A stretch of 64,000 nucleotides of DNA from Oscillospiraceae bacterium (GCA_031262985.1 JAISGQ010000001.1:688-64687); one strand, 5' to 3'. Positions 48,011 through 55,936 are shown, counted from the first letter of the stretch. The notes: generated by a model not told the origin, from the letters alone. A program made the numbers and translations.

Positions 48011-48307
48011 TTAAGGTGGGGGGGATATGTTTTCCTCCACGTCCTCATGCACCTCAATTGCGACAACGTTGATTGCGCCGAAAATAAGTTTGCCCCCATC
48101 TGTCATGTCTAATATAACCGTACCATTTTCGAGCGCGGCAGACAGAACAGAGGCAAAGTCCTGCGCGGTTTGTTTGACCATGAATGAGTAAGCTCCGTTC
48201 GCCGTATATATAATAATTTCGCATAGTTCCACAGGCTCAACTCCTTTTTGCGAGATTCCCCTCGCTATCAAACATAAGCCCTTTAACTGTGGGCGATACC
48301 CCCTCAT
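48011..48307 (-). CDS. hypothetical phage protein (start uncertain; overlaps the HNH gene end)
   Basis: It is the only long ORF in this slot. The true start is probably internal. Confidence 0.25.
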   Translation of the reverse strand: MRGYRPQLKGLCLIARGISQKGVEPVELCEIIIYTANGAYSFMVKQTAQDFASVLSAALENGTVILDMTDGGKLIFGAINVVAIEVHEDVEENISPPP

Positions 48308-48527
48308 GTTCTATCGCGTGGCACTCTCGGCACAGGGTTTCGAGATTGTCCTCGCCTAAAGCTATGTGAGGTATATCTATGTTGTTTGGTGTTAGGTGCT
48401 GCTTGTGGTGGACTATCTCCCCCGGCGAACCGCACCGCACACATAACCCCATGTCGCGGCGATATATATATCCCCGCGTTTCTTTCCACGCTTTGGATTG
48501 ATAAAAGACTTTGGCAAACTCTCTCAC
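48237..48527 (-). CDS. HNH endonuclease (packaging-associated)
   Basis: CVRCGSPGEIVHHKQHL...NLETLCRECHAIEH. It lies next to the terminase genes, as in cos-type HK97-like phages. Confidence 0.75.
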   Translation of the reverse strand: MREFAKVFYQSKAWKETRGYIYRRDMGLCVRCGSPGEIVHHKQHLTPNNIDIPHIALGEDNLETLCRECHAIEHEGVSPTVKGLMFDSEGNLAKRS

Positions 48528-48627
48528 CTTATACTGCTCCTGTCTTTGTTTGTTTATACGAGAGATGCTATCCCCCTTAATAAAATCATCATATCACAAA
48601 ATATAAGCCTACTACTGACACCTTTGA

Positions 48628-48984
48628 TTATGTTCTAAGCCCTCTCAATGAGGCACATAGTAGTCGAGCTTCGTGTAGCCACCTGTATACCGTGCGTTCG
48701 TCTGTCGGTACTGACAACGCGTAACTGCACACGCGAGAGGATATATCTCCAGCCCTAAGCGGCTGAGAAGGATATTTAAAATATACCTCTCGCAAGGCGG
48801 TAACTATGTGGGATTTTTCTCCCCGCTCTAATAATTCGATCGTTTTTTGTGCCGCCAAAATATCAAGCAGTAAAGGAGGGTTGTTTTCGGCGTAAATTTT
48901 TGCTTGCTCGTATGTCGGACACCCTTGTTGTGCGTATAATCGGAATATCTCGGTTGTGTAGTCTCTTGTAAAATCTTTTTTCAT
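48628..48984 (-). CDS. putative phage transcriptional regulator (C-terminal HTH)
   Basis: The start was set at MKKDFTRDY, preceded by AAGGAG. The C-terminal DERTVYRWLHEARLL looks like an HTH recognition helix. It is the last gene before the packaging module. Confidence 0.3.
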   Translation of the reverse strand: MKKDFTRDYTTEIFRLYAQQGCPTYEQAKIYAENNPPLLLDILAAQKTIELLERGEKSHIVTALREVYFKYPSQPLRAGDISSRVCSYALSVPTDERTVYRWLHEARLLCASLRGLRT

Positions 48985-48988
48985 GTTT

Positions 48989-49744
48989 TCAGCTCCTTTT
49001 GTACATAACAATATCAACATACCAGTATCCGTTGTAATCGTTGTAGCGGATTTCCGATTCTAAAAATCTGTAGCCTTTGTACCTGCTCTCCCAGTAGGCG
49101 GAATCGTCCGCGCGTTCTGTCGCAAGCTTCGCTAAATATTTTTTAGATATTTTCCCATCCCTCGGAGGTGATATGTTTGGTTTGTGTAAATTCCTTGATT
49201 CGCACCATCTTTTTGCGCCTTCGGGTTTTTTGGCTAAGTAGACGGCGATTGCCGCGAACCCGTGTTCTCCCGCTTGCAAACGGTCGGCATTAACATAATC
49301 CCCATGTCCCCATAGTTTTTCAGTGTCGTTTCTGTCCATGCCCGACATTATCATGTGAGTATGCCAACGGAGTACACCTGTTCTTTTGCTTACTTTAGCT
49401 TCGATTACAAAAATGTATTTCATTTCACAAAGTCCGTTTTTTGCTCTGTAACGCTTTACTCGCTTTATGTAGTTTTGCACTACGCGCAGACAATCGTCGT
49501 AATTGTCGGGCATTTCGCTGTCGCGAAATGTTCCGTGAAAAACGGTGTCATTTTCTGAAAAGTTGGTTTCAATAAGTTGCTTTAATTTCTTTCTCGCGTT
49601 TTTTGCGTTTAAAAGCTTTTGTTCGTTTGATGTGGGTTTTGTTTTTGGGGCGCGAGCAGGAGCTTTTCGACCGTCACTTTGAACAGGGAAAAAGGAGGCT
49701 TCAAAAAGTTTTCCCGAATGAATCTTTTTCTCTCGAATTGTCAT
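48989..49744 (-). CDS. HUH-type rolling-circle replication initiator-like protein
   Basis: Three Rep motifs occur in the canonical order: TVFHGTF (motif 1-like), LRWHTHMIMSG (HUH) and AIAVYLAKK (catalytic YxxK). Confidence 0.5.
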   Translation of the reverse strand: MTIREKKIHSGKLFEASFFPVQSDGRKAPARAPKTKPTSNEQKLLNAKNARKKLKQLIETNFSENDTVFHGTFRDSEMPDNYDDCLRVVQNYIKRVKRYRAKNGLCEMKYIFVIEAKVSKRTGVLRWHTHMIMSGMDRNDTEKLWGHGDYVNADRLQAGEHGFAAIAVYLAKKPEGAKRWCESRNLHKPNISPPRDGKISKKYLAKLATERADDSAYWESRYKGYRFLESEIRYNDYNGYWYVDIVMYKRS

Positions 49745-49755
49745 TTGTCCTCACC

Positions 49756-50172
49756 TCAGCTATGCAAAATGTGATTAACCGTATTTGCTACATCTGATTC
49801 AAATTCAAAAACCGAATTGTAAAGGGCGGTTCGCAAATAGGCTTTTTTATTTTTTATGAGATGTGTTTGCCGTGAAAAATTATTAAGTACCATCTCTATA
49901 TGTTCGGCAGTGAGCTGTCCGAAAATTTCTTGCACCGCATGAGCGGGTAAAAGCTCTCCCGCGATTTTTATTCTGTCGTCAGGATAAAATAAATAAATTT
50001 CTGAGATTATAAAACAAATTTCTTTAAGCTGCCCCTCTGCTTGTCCTGCATTTTGCTCTCGGAGGCTCTGATATTCTATTTGTGTTTTTGTCCTTAATAG
50101 GATTTCATCAAATGACAGACGGACGGACTGATTTTTTTCCGCACAATTATTTTTCTTATTTTCTAAATTCAC
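49756..50172 (-). CDS. hypothetical phage protein, possibly a replication accessory
   Basis: 138 aa. The C-terminal KNKKAYLRTALYNSV resembles motifs I associate with Firmicutes mobile-element replication proteins. This recollection is weak. Confidence 0.25.
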   Translation of the reverse strand: MNLENKKNNCAEKNQSVRLSFDEILLRTKTQIEYQSLREQNAGQAEGQLKEICFIISEIYLFYPDDRIKIAGELLPAHAVQEIFGQLTAEHIEMVLNNFSRQTHLIKNKKAYLRTALYNSVFEFESDVANTVNHILHS

Positions 50173-50432
50173 TGCGAAACTCCCCTTAATAAAATTTATT
50201 TGCTGGAGGCGGCGGAGGTAGTTGGGTGGTCGTTAAGATAATATTACATACTAGCCCACAACGCTCTGTGTGAGCGTTTTTTAGAAAAATTTTCCGATTA
50301 TGAACATTTGTTTATTTTGCGCGTAAAATATTGTATTTTTAAAGAGGTTAGCTTGTGTTTGATTGCTAACCTCTTTTCTTTTTTTGTGCATCTGCTGTGC
50401 GTTTTTGAATTTATGTAGTGTTAATAAATTTG

Positions 50433-50494
50433 CCTATATATAAGGTATAGAAAATGCGTGAGGGTTTCCGCTCCTCCTATACCTTATATATAGG
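50433..50494. repeat. perfect 18-bp inverted repeat with a 26-nt loop
   Basis: cctatatataaggtatag (50433-50450) pairs with ctataccttatatatagg (50477-50494). It lies in the largest intergenic gap of the prophage. Confidence 0.9.
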
Positions 50495-50507
50495 ATATAA
50501 GAGGAGG

Positions 50508-50873
50508 TTAAGCGAGTGGTGCAATACTTGTTGTTATCGGATGTATTGGGCAATCGCAATTGCCGCACCTGTTGCCGTCGATTCTGTTTTTTGGGTGTAA
50601 GCTTATCGAGTGGCAATTAGGACACTCAAACACAACAAAACAGCTTTTATTTGTTGTAACTTGCGACAATACAGTGTGCAGATCAGTTTTAACGCGTAGT
50701 TCGCTGTGCCTTAAATTCCAAAAATGGGCGGCTTCCGTGTTTGTCGTATAACGTCCGCTCTCGGCTCTGCAATCGCCGACACTATCACATTTTACGTAAA
50801 AATTACCATCCATGTCGCACAGCATAACCGCTTCCCCTCCGCAAAACGGGCAGGGTAATAACTTATCACTCAT
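50508..50873 (-). CDS. Lar-family restriction-alleviation-like protein with an extra C-terminal zinc ribbon
   Basis: N-terminal LLPCPFCGGEAV...C is the Lar family pattern. A second CPNCH...CGNCDC cluster follows. Confidence 0.5.
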   Translation of the reverse strand: MSDKLLPCPFCGGEAVMLCDMDGNFYVKCDSVGDCRAESGRYTTNTEAAHFWNLRHSELRVKTDLHTVLSQVTTNKSCFVVFECPNCHSISLHPKNRIDGNRCGNCDCPIHPITTSIAPLA

Positions 50874-51109
50874 TTTATTCCGACTCCTTCATGTTGTATT
50901 TGTTTTATGTCGCCGACTATAATTACACTGTTTAAGTTTTTGTCAAGTAGTTCGGCGGAGATATGTACCCGTTTGTTTTTATCGGCACGGTAAATAATTG
51001 CCGAAACGCAAGCGTAATGTAGCTTAGTTTCATAGTTTCCGTGTGAAAGCGGATTAAAAACAACAGGGGATTGATTTAAAAGAGCTTCCTTTAATTCTTG
51101 GGCTGTCAT
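50870..51109 (-). CDS. hypothetical phage protein
   Basis: 79-aa ORF, translationally coupled to its neighbours. Confidence 0.3.
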   Translation of the reverse strand: MTAQELKEALLNQSPVVFNPLSHGNYETKLHYACVSAIIYRADKNKRVHISAELLDKNLNSVIIVGDIKQIQHEGVGIK

Positions 51110-51134
51110 TACTTAACCGCTCCTTTGCTTTCAA

Positions 51135-51662
51135 TTATTCGTCAACATCTTGTGTAACTTTTTTTGTTTCACTGCGTTCAACTTTGATAGTTCCCTTTGC
51201 CCCGCGCGTGAGTTTTGCGCGTGTGCCGCTCGGCAACACAAATGCTATTGCGTAAAATTTACAATTTGCTATCTGTTCGGCGGCGAGCTGTAAAAATATG
51301 ATATTTTCTTCGGTGACGGGAATAAAGCCTTTTGCTTTACACTGCTCGCCAAAGGTTTCCTGTATCGCTTCATTTGCTCGAATAATTTGATTTGCGACCT
51401 TGGCGGCTTTTTTTGCACCGTGACAACTGCACTCCGCTCCCGAAAGCTGTATTTGACCGCAATGAGGACAGGCGGTCTCACTGTCAAATCCGATAGCAGT
51501 TGTATCTTGCGTGTTGCCTTTTGAGATACCAAGCGCGGAGGCTCTGCCGCGTACCGCTCCCTCGCTTCTGTTTAAGAGCAGTGCAATCTCTTTTACAGGT
51601 CGGTCGAGATAGTACGCTTGTCGCAGAGTATCATCTTCCTGTTTGCTCCAGTTAGTTTGCAT
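51135..51662 (-). CDS. hypothetical phage protein with an N-terminal Myb/SANT-like HTH and a Cys cluster
   Basis: WSKQEDDTLRQAYYLDRPVKEIALLLNRSEGAVRGRASALGI, then CPHCG...CSCH. Confidence 0.3.
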   Translation of the reverse strand: MQTNWSKQEDDTLRQAYYLDRPVKEIALLLNRSEGAVRGRASALGISKGNTQDTTAIGFDSETACPHCGQIQLSGAECSCHGAKKAAKVANQIIRANEAIQETFGEQCKAKGFIPVTEENIIFLQLAAEQIANCKFYAIAFVLPSGTRAKLTRGAKGTIKVERSETKKVTQDVDE

Positions 51663-51817
51663 TATTTCTCCCCTTCTTTCTCCTCTTGTTCTTCTAACGT
51701 TTTTTCAATCCTTTCGCGATCGAATAGATACCTGAGCATAGAGATTTCGTAGTGGGTTTTAATGGGATTGTTTATAACCGCCAGCACAATGTTTGGGATT
51801 AATTCAGAGTTTTTCAT
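51662..51817 (-). CDS. small hypothetical phage protein
   Basis: The start was set at MKNSELIPN, preceded by AAGGAG. Confidence 0.25.
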   Translation of the reverse strand: MKNSELIPNIVLAVINNPIKTHYEISMLRYLFDRERIEKTLEEQEEKEGEK

Positions 51818-51834
51818 TTTATACTCCTTTGTCC

Positions 51835-52320
51835 TTACGTTAGGTGTGAGTTTAAGATTTTTACTAAGGCAACTTTGCAATTTAAATTATCGTTTGTAAC
51901 ATCACATGGATATTCGCAAGAATTGCAAAGCTCTGCGCTACGCGCTATTGATAATGCATAATTAAGGAGCTTCTCCGTATCCCATCCAAATTTCTCACAC
52001 AACTTGAATAGAGGAGTGTTTGTATACCATAGGTCATTGTGGTCACAAAACTTGATTTTAGAGGGAGCAACTTCCTCGACTTGTCCATCACCGTATTCAA
52101 TCATTCCCAAAACGCAACTGTTCCAAATATTCCATCGGCAGAATAATGCCTCTTTGCCATTTACAATACACTGCCTCAGCTTTGGGTCTTCCACATTTTG
52201 ATACAGATTAGTGACGTGTATCTCCTTCTGCGGCTCAATCTCGTCAGGGCATTGCGTTGCCATGCGTTCTTCGACTGCTCTTTCTATGGATTTTCTAAAA
52301 AATCGGGTTAATATGCTCAT
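51835..52320 (-). CDS. hypothetical phage protein
   Basis: 161-aa Cys-rich ORF in the early operon. Confidence 0.3.
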   Translation of the reverse strand: MSILTRFFRKSIERAVEERMATQCPDEIEPQKEIHVTNLYQNVEDPKLRQCIVNGKEALFCRWNIWNSCVLGMIEYGDGQVEEVAPSKIKFCDHNDLWYTNTPLFKLCEKFGWDTEKLLNYALSIARSAELCNSCEYPCDVTNDNLNCKVALVKILNSHLT

Positions 52321-52326
52321 TAATTG

Positions 52327-53205
52327 TCATCCTTTCTTTGGGTCAAAATCTTCAAATCGACGGCACGAGTTAAAGATAATCCGATTGTTTACCCACCGTT
52401 GTAAAAGGCGAGTTTCACGCGGCGCGGCTTCTTTATTAAAAATCATCACATACGGGTCATAGCCTAACTCGCGCAAAGTATAAATTCTATGCAAATCTTC
52501 TTCATGTGTGCTGTTGAAATTTGTTAAAACATAAACGCCTAATTTTCTGTGGTCATATTTCAGCCAATCTTTAACGCGTTTGAATTGAGAGGTAAGGTCT
52601 TGCTTTGGATTGTCCCATGCGAAATGGAGCATTTTAACACGCAAATGCTTTATGAGTTCGGCGCGTTCAGCGTCCATCAGCCTAATATCAAGCCCTTGTG
52701 TAAAATCTATAAATGCCCTCGTTTTGCTTAAACCCTTTAATATGCGTTCTGCGGCGATGCAAGCTAAAAGATTTGGGTCAAGCAATTTTATGATTTTCTG
52801 ACCTCTGTAAAATCCGTCAATATCTGATACTTGCTTGCTCTCCAATCCTTCTTTTTCACCTACGCAACAAAACGCACATCCGCGAGGGCAGCCCCGCGTA
52901 ATAAATCCGTATGCCTCGCTGAATTGTGGATATAAAGAGTAGTCGGGACACATGGTTTCTATTTCTTTTGGCAATACGCTCTTTATGTCATATCCCGTGC
53001 CGCCCTCGATAACCTCGTCTGCTAAAATTACGCTTTCAACGTCCGGCGTGAAGGTGAAAACCTTGCTTTTGTACACGCAGTCATATCTTTCAAGCCCGAA
53101 CCACCACTTCACGTTATCTCCTTTAGATTTGTGATATGAAGATATTTTCATGAGTGCGAGATTTGGAAAGTTGTGACCGTCAACATCAATTAATCCGATA
53201 TTCAT
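52327..53205 (-). CDS. phage-encoded radical SAM enzyme
   Basis: CxxxCxxC motif GCPRGCAFC. The N-terminal segment IGLIDVDGHNFPNLALMKISSYHKSKGDNV resembles the Rossmann-like domain of B12-binding-type radical SAM proteins. Confidence 0.65.
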   Translation of the reverse strand: MNIGLIDVDGHNFPNLALMKISSYHKSKGDNVKWWFGLERYDCVYKSKVFTFTPDVESVILADEVIEGGTGYDIKSVLPKEIETMCPDYSLYPQFSEAYGFITRGCPRGCAFCCVGEKEGLESKQVSDIDGFYRGQKIIKLLDPNLLACIAAERILKGLSKTRAFIDFTQGLDIRLMDAERAELIKHLRVKMLHFAWDNPKQDLTSQFKRVKDWLKYDHRKLGVYVLTNFNSTHEEDLHRIYTLRELGYDPYVMIFNKEAAPRETRLLQRWVNNRIIFNSCRRFEDFDPKKG

Positions 53206-53615
53206 GTACTATTTTTCCGTGCTTCGTATCGGAGGCGGCGTTCTTCGCTTTCTTGCTCTATTCGCCGTTGCTCCTCCGGCGTAAGTTTTTCCCACTTAAA
53301 ACACCGTATATCTGACCGCAGTCGATTTACAAATTTTTGCAGCTCATCTGTTGCCGCATCGATAACGGTGATTTCGGGATTGTCCTCTGTTCTTTCAAAC
53401 ATCTTCCTTATGCGTTCGAGTTCGTCTGATGTGATTTCTGCGTAAGCGTAAGCTTCATGCGCGTCTTCGTAGCTTTCGTACTGAGCAAGCTCCTGTGTGC
53501 GTTTAAGTATTTCGGCTTGTTCTTTATCTTGCGCCGACCGTAATAGCTTTAACGGATTTTTAAGCCGTTTTAATAGCAGTTCTCGCCACGCTATTTCAAA
53601 ATCAATATCACTCAT
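53202..53615 (-). CDS. hypothetical phage protein (acidic, helical)
   Basis: 137-aa ORF with 4-nt overlaps on both sides. Confidence 0.3.
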   Translation of the reverse strand: MSDIDFEIAWRELLLKRLKNPLKLLRSAQDKEQAEILKRTQELAQYESYEDAHEAYAYAEITSDELERIRKMFERTEDNPEITVIDAATDELQKFVNRLRSDIRCFKWEKLTPEEQRRIEQESEERRLRYEARKNST

Positions 53616-53958
53616 TCTCGCTCCAATCTAACCGCTGACCGCATAATCTACAGTACTCATACGGTTGTTGTGTTCGCTGATTTTTGTCCTTATCGCAAAA
53701 ATGTTCGCAGTTCGGGCACACATAATACCTGCCTGAATCTGATTTTATTGGCTTAACCGCCACAGGCTCAATGGTCGCAGGGTCTACGGCGATAATATCA
53801 AAATCGCCATCACCTCTATGCTGAACAATGTAGGTATCTTCATCTTCATAACCAAAAGCAACGCCGCCAGTTATAACTTGTCCGAACATGCCGCTTGCAC
53901 CTTCTTCAATACTTTCGCCTGTATACATATATCTTTCCTTAATGCTCATTTTACTCAC
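53608..53958 (-). CDS. hypothetical phage protein with a zinc ribbon
   Basis: CPNCEHFC...CRLCGQ. Confidence 0.3.
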   Translation of the reverse strand: MSKMSIKERYMYTGESIEEGASGMFGQVITGGVAFGYEDEDTYIVQHRGDGDFDIIAVDPATIEPVAVKPIKSDSGRYYVCPNCEHFCDKDKNQRTQQPYEYCRLCGQRLDWSENE

Positions 53959-53962
53959 TCCT

Positions 53963-54156
53963 CTACTTATTCGCTCTATAGCCTGTGGGAGTTATCGCCC
54001 GTGCGAACGCCTCCGCAAATGCGGCGCGTCTATCTTTAGCGGGTAGGCTGTTAAGGTAATCACCCGCACATCATACCCCGCCTCTTTATACGGTATGCTC
54101 CATGCTCCGCTCCCTCCGCACAGGTCGAGTATTATCTTTCCGCTGTTGTCACTCAT
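53963..54156 (-). pseudogene. remnant of a phage DNA methyltransferase (motif I and the C-terminal end only)
   Basis: The ATG at 54156 overlaps the upstream stop (ATGA). The translation MSDNSGKIILDLCGGSGAWSIPYKEAGYDVRVI is a SAM-binding motif I. After a frame change, the last codons read RRAAFAEAFARAITPTGYRANK, and that stop lies 5 nt before the next gene. Only 194 bp remain. Confidence 0.35.
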
Positions 54157-54407
54157 ACGCCGTAATCTCCCGCCCTAAGCACGTCCGTCACGATTGCGCC
54201 GAGGCTGTCGGCAGTCACGCAGGCGGTAAATATCTTGCGTCCTTTTACGATTTTGCACCCTTCACCGAGATGTTTCTCGTAAACGCATACAAACTCCTCG
54301 CAGTCTTTCTGTTCATATTCCGCTCCGAAGATTCGCTTGTCCAATTTCTTCAACACCGCAGTAAGTTCATTCTCGACAAAGTTTTGTTTCATTTGTGCCG
54401 CTGTCAT
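54153..54407 (-). CDS. hypothetical phage protein
   Basis: 84-aa ORF, coupled to its neighbours. Confidence 0.3.
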   Translation of the reverse strand: MTAAQMKQNFVENELTAVLKKLDKRIFGAEYEQKDCEEFVCVYEKHLGEGCKIVKGRKIFTACVTADSLGAIVTDVLRAGDYGV

Positions 54408-54745
54408 TACTTGTCCCCTCCCACATTAAACCATTTCGTGTAGCACTCCTCGGAGCAGTTGCCCGCGTGAGAGTTAGACAATGCGAGCACTGCCGACAAT
54501 GGCACGCCTGTGACAAAAATTGATATCCAGTCTTGACCGTTGGCAGATATGTGGACAATATTAGCGTTGAGAACTTCCGAAAACTGTGATAGCCCATCCT
54601 CCGTGAAGTTATTTAGACAGCATTCCGCTATTGTCGCGCCTTCCGCATCATAATCGTCCGCGCCTTCCGCATCATAATCGTCATGGTAGAGGTCTACGTT
54701 CTGTGGGTGTCCGTTAAATGTTTTGAGTAATTCTCTAAGTTTCAT
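54407..54745 (-). CDS. hypothetical phage protein with a DDYDAEGA tandem duplication
   Basis: 112-aa ORF. A 24-nt perfect tandem duplication lies at about 54640-54690. Confidence 0.3.
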   Translation of the reverse strand: MKLRELLKTFNGHPQNVDLYHDDYDAEGADDYDAEGATIAECCLNNFTEDGLSQFSEVLNANIVHISANGQDWISIFVTGVPLSAVLALSNSHAGNCSEECYTKWFNVGGDK

Positions 54746-54763
54746 TTTATTTTTCTCCTCTCG

Positions 54764-55012
54764 TTAATTTTTTGGAATTTGCGGGATTGGTTCTTGGGTT
54801 ATTCTTTCGTCAATCCACGCTTCAAATTTTGATGCATATACCAAATACACCCCTTTTGACATTTCGATGTAGTCTCCAAAGGGGAAAACTTTGTCCCGTA
54901 TTCCCTTTTTGAAGGTTTCGACGCCAATTGAAACGCCGACATCACGCAAGCGGCGCGTTGCCTCCTCAGGTGTAATAGTCCTTAAAACTGATTGGTATTT
55001 GACACCGTCCAT
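54764..55012 (-). CDS. first gene of the early operon, small hypothetical protein
   Basis: The start was set at MDGVKYQS, preceded by AGGGAGAGAG. The longer ORF reaching 55192 would run through the divergent promoter. Confidence 0.3.
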   Translation of the reverse strand: MDGVKYQSVLRTITPEEATRRLRDVGVSIGVETFKKGIRDKVFPFGDYIEMSKGVYLVYASKFEAWIDERITQEPIPQIPKN

Positions 55013-55048
55013 TTTTCTCTCTCCCTTCATCGTTATCGAAATTGCCTG

Positions 55049-55077
55049 TTGAAATTTGTGTGTAAATGTCATATAAT
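55049..55077 (+). promoter_or_regulatory. near-consensus sigma-A promoter of the plus-strand moron cassette
   Basis: TTGAAA (55049-55054), a 17-nt spacer, TATAAT (55072-55077). The small inverted repeat aatgtt-caca-aacatt follows it. Confidence 0.55.
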
Positions 55078-55108
55078 GTTCACAAACATTGATAAAGGAG
55101 TGTAAACT

Positions 55109-55630
55109 ATGGTGACGCAGACAGATTTCAAAACTAAGCTGATTGACTATTTCAGGGCGTTCCCCGAAATGTTTAAACAGTACTGGAGGCAACTTATACC
55201 TCTGTTGCTTATTGTTATTTTGCTGTTTTCAAGCGCAGAAAGTCCGGCGGAAGCCGATACGGACAAGCCCGACGTAAATACTACTTCAAGTAATTTGGCG
55301 GGTGAAGTTGATGGAGACGCGGGCTATTCCTCGGATGATGTTGTTCCGGCTTTAAAAACTGTCTCGGGTTCTGACGCGGCGACCACGGCGGGGACTACCG
55401 CCGCAGGAGGCGAAACAACCGACGAGAGTGCCACAAGCACAACATCGACAACTAAAACCACCAAGAAAACCACCAAGAAGACAACTAAGAAAGTCTCAAG
55501 GACGGTATATGTCACTCGTACAGGCAAACGGTATCATTATAGCAAAAGTTGTGCGGGTAACAATGCCAGTGCAATATCTTTAGACAACGCGAAAAAACAG
55601 GGATATACTCCTTGTAAAAAATGCGTTTAG
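55109..55630 (+). CDS. membrane-anchored protein with a Thr/Lys-rich linker and a C-terminal Cys-rich TGKxYH...C...PCxxC domain
   Basis: TM segment LIPLLLIVILLF. Linker TSTTKTTKKTTKKTTKK. C-terminus VYVTRTGKRYHYSKSCAGNNASAISLDNAKKQGYTPCKKC, which shares its pattern with the C-terminus of 57006-57803. Confidence 0.45.
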   Translation: MVTQTDFKTKLIDYFRAFPEMFKQYWRQLIPLLLIVILLFSSAESPAEADTDKPDVNTTSSNLAGEVDGDAGYSSDDVVPALKTVSGSDAATTAGTTAAGGETTDESATSTTSTTKTTKKTTKKTTKKVSRTVYVTRTGKRYHYSKSCAGNNASAISLDNAKKQGYTPCKKCV

Positions 55631-55665
55631 TTAAATAATCGCACGCAGGAAAGAGGTGTAGCACT

Positions 55666-55875
55666 ATGGGAAAAGGCGGCTTTAGTTGGAAACGAGCTTT
55701 AGGCGTTACAAAAGCTAAAAATAAAATATCAAGAGCTACAGGAATCCCCTTAACAAAATCGGGGAGGCAAAGGAAAGTAGGTAAAATGGTGACAGGCGGC
55801 GGATGTTGCTTGCCGACATTAACCGTGTTGATTTTAGCCTTTTCGGTGTTGTTTATAATTGGATCGTTGTTTTAG
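55666..55875 (+). CDS. small tail-anchored membrane protein
   Basis: 69 aa. The basic N-terminus is KAKNKISRATGIPLTKSGRQRKVGK. The C-terminal TM segment is CCLPTLTVLILAFSVLFIIGSLF. Confidence 0.4.
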   Translation: MGKGGFSWKRALGVTKAKNKISRATGIPLTKSGRQRKVGKMVTGGGCCLPTLTVLILAFSVLFIIGSLF

Positions 55876-55904
55876 TTTTCGGGGCATCGGTGTCCCCGTC
55901 CCCC

Positions 55905-55936
55905 GCCCCTCTGTCAACGGCAGAGGGGCATTTGTT
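55905..55936 (+). terminator. intrinsic terminator of the moron cassette
   Basis: gcccctctg-tcaacgg-cagaggggc followed by atttgtt. No T-tract is present on the minus strand. Confidence 0.5.

Noticed and set aside
47903-48027. C7 (about 47935-47942) and G7 (about 48017-48024) runs upstream of the small terminase subunit as the cos site
   Set aside because: The position near the HNH and terminase genes is plausible, but I cannot define the ends from sequence alone. The G-run lies inside a possible ORF. It is left uncalled.
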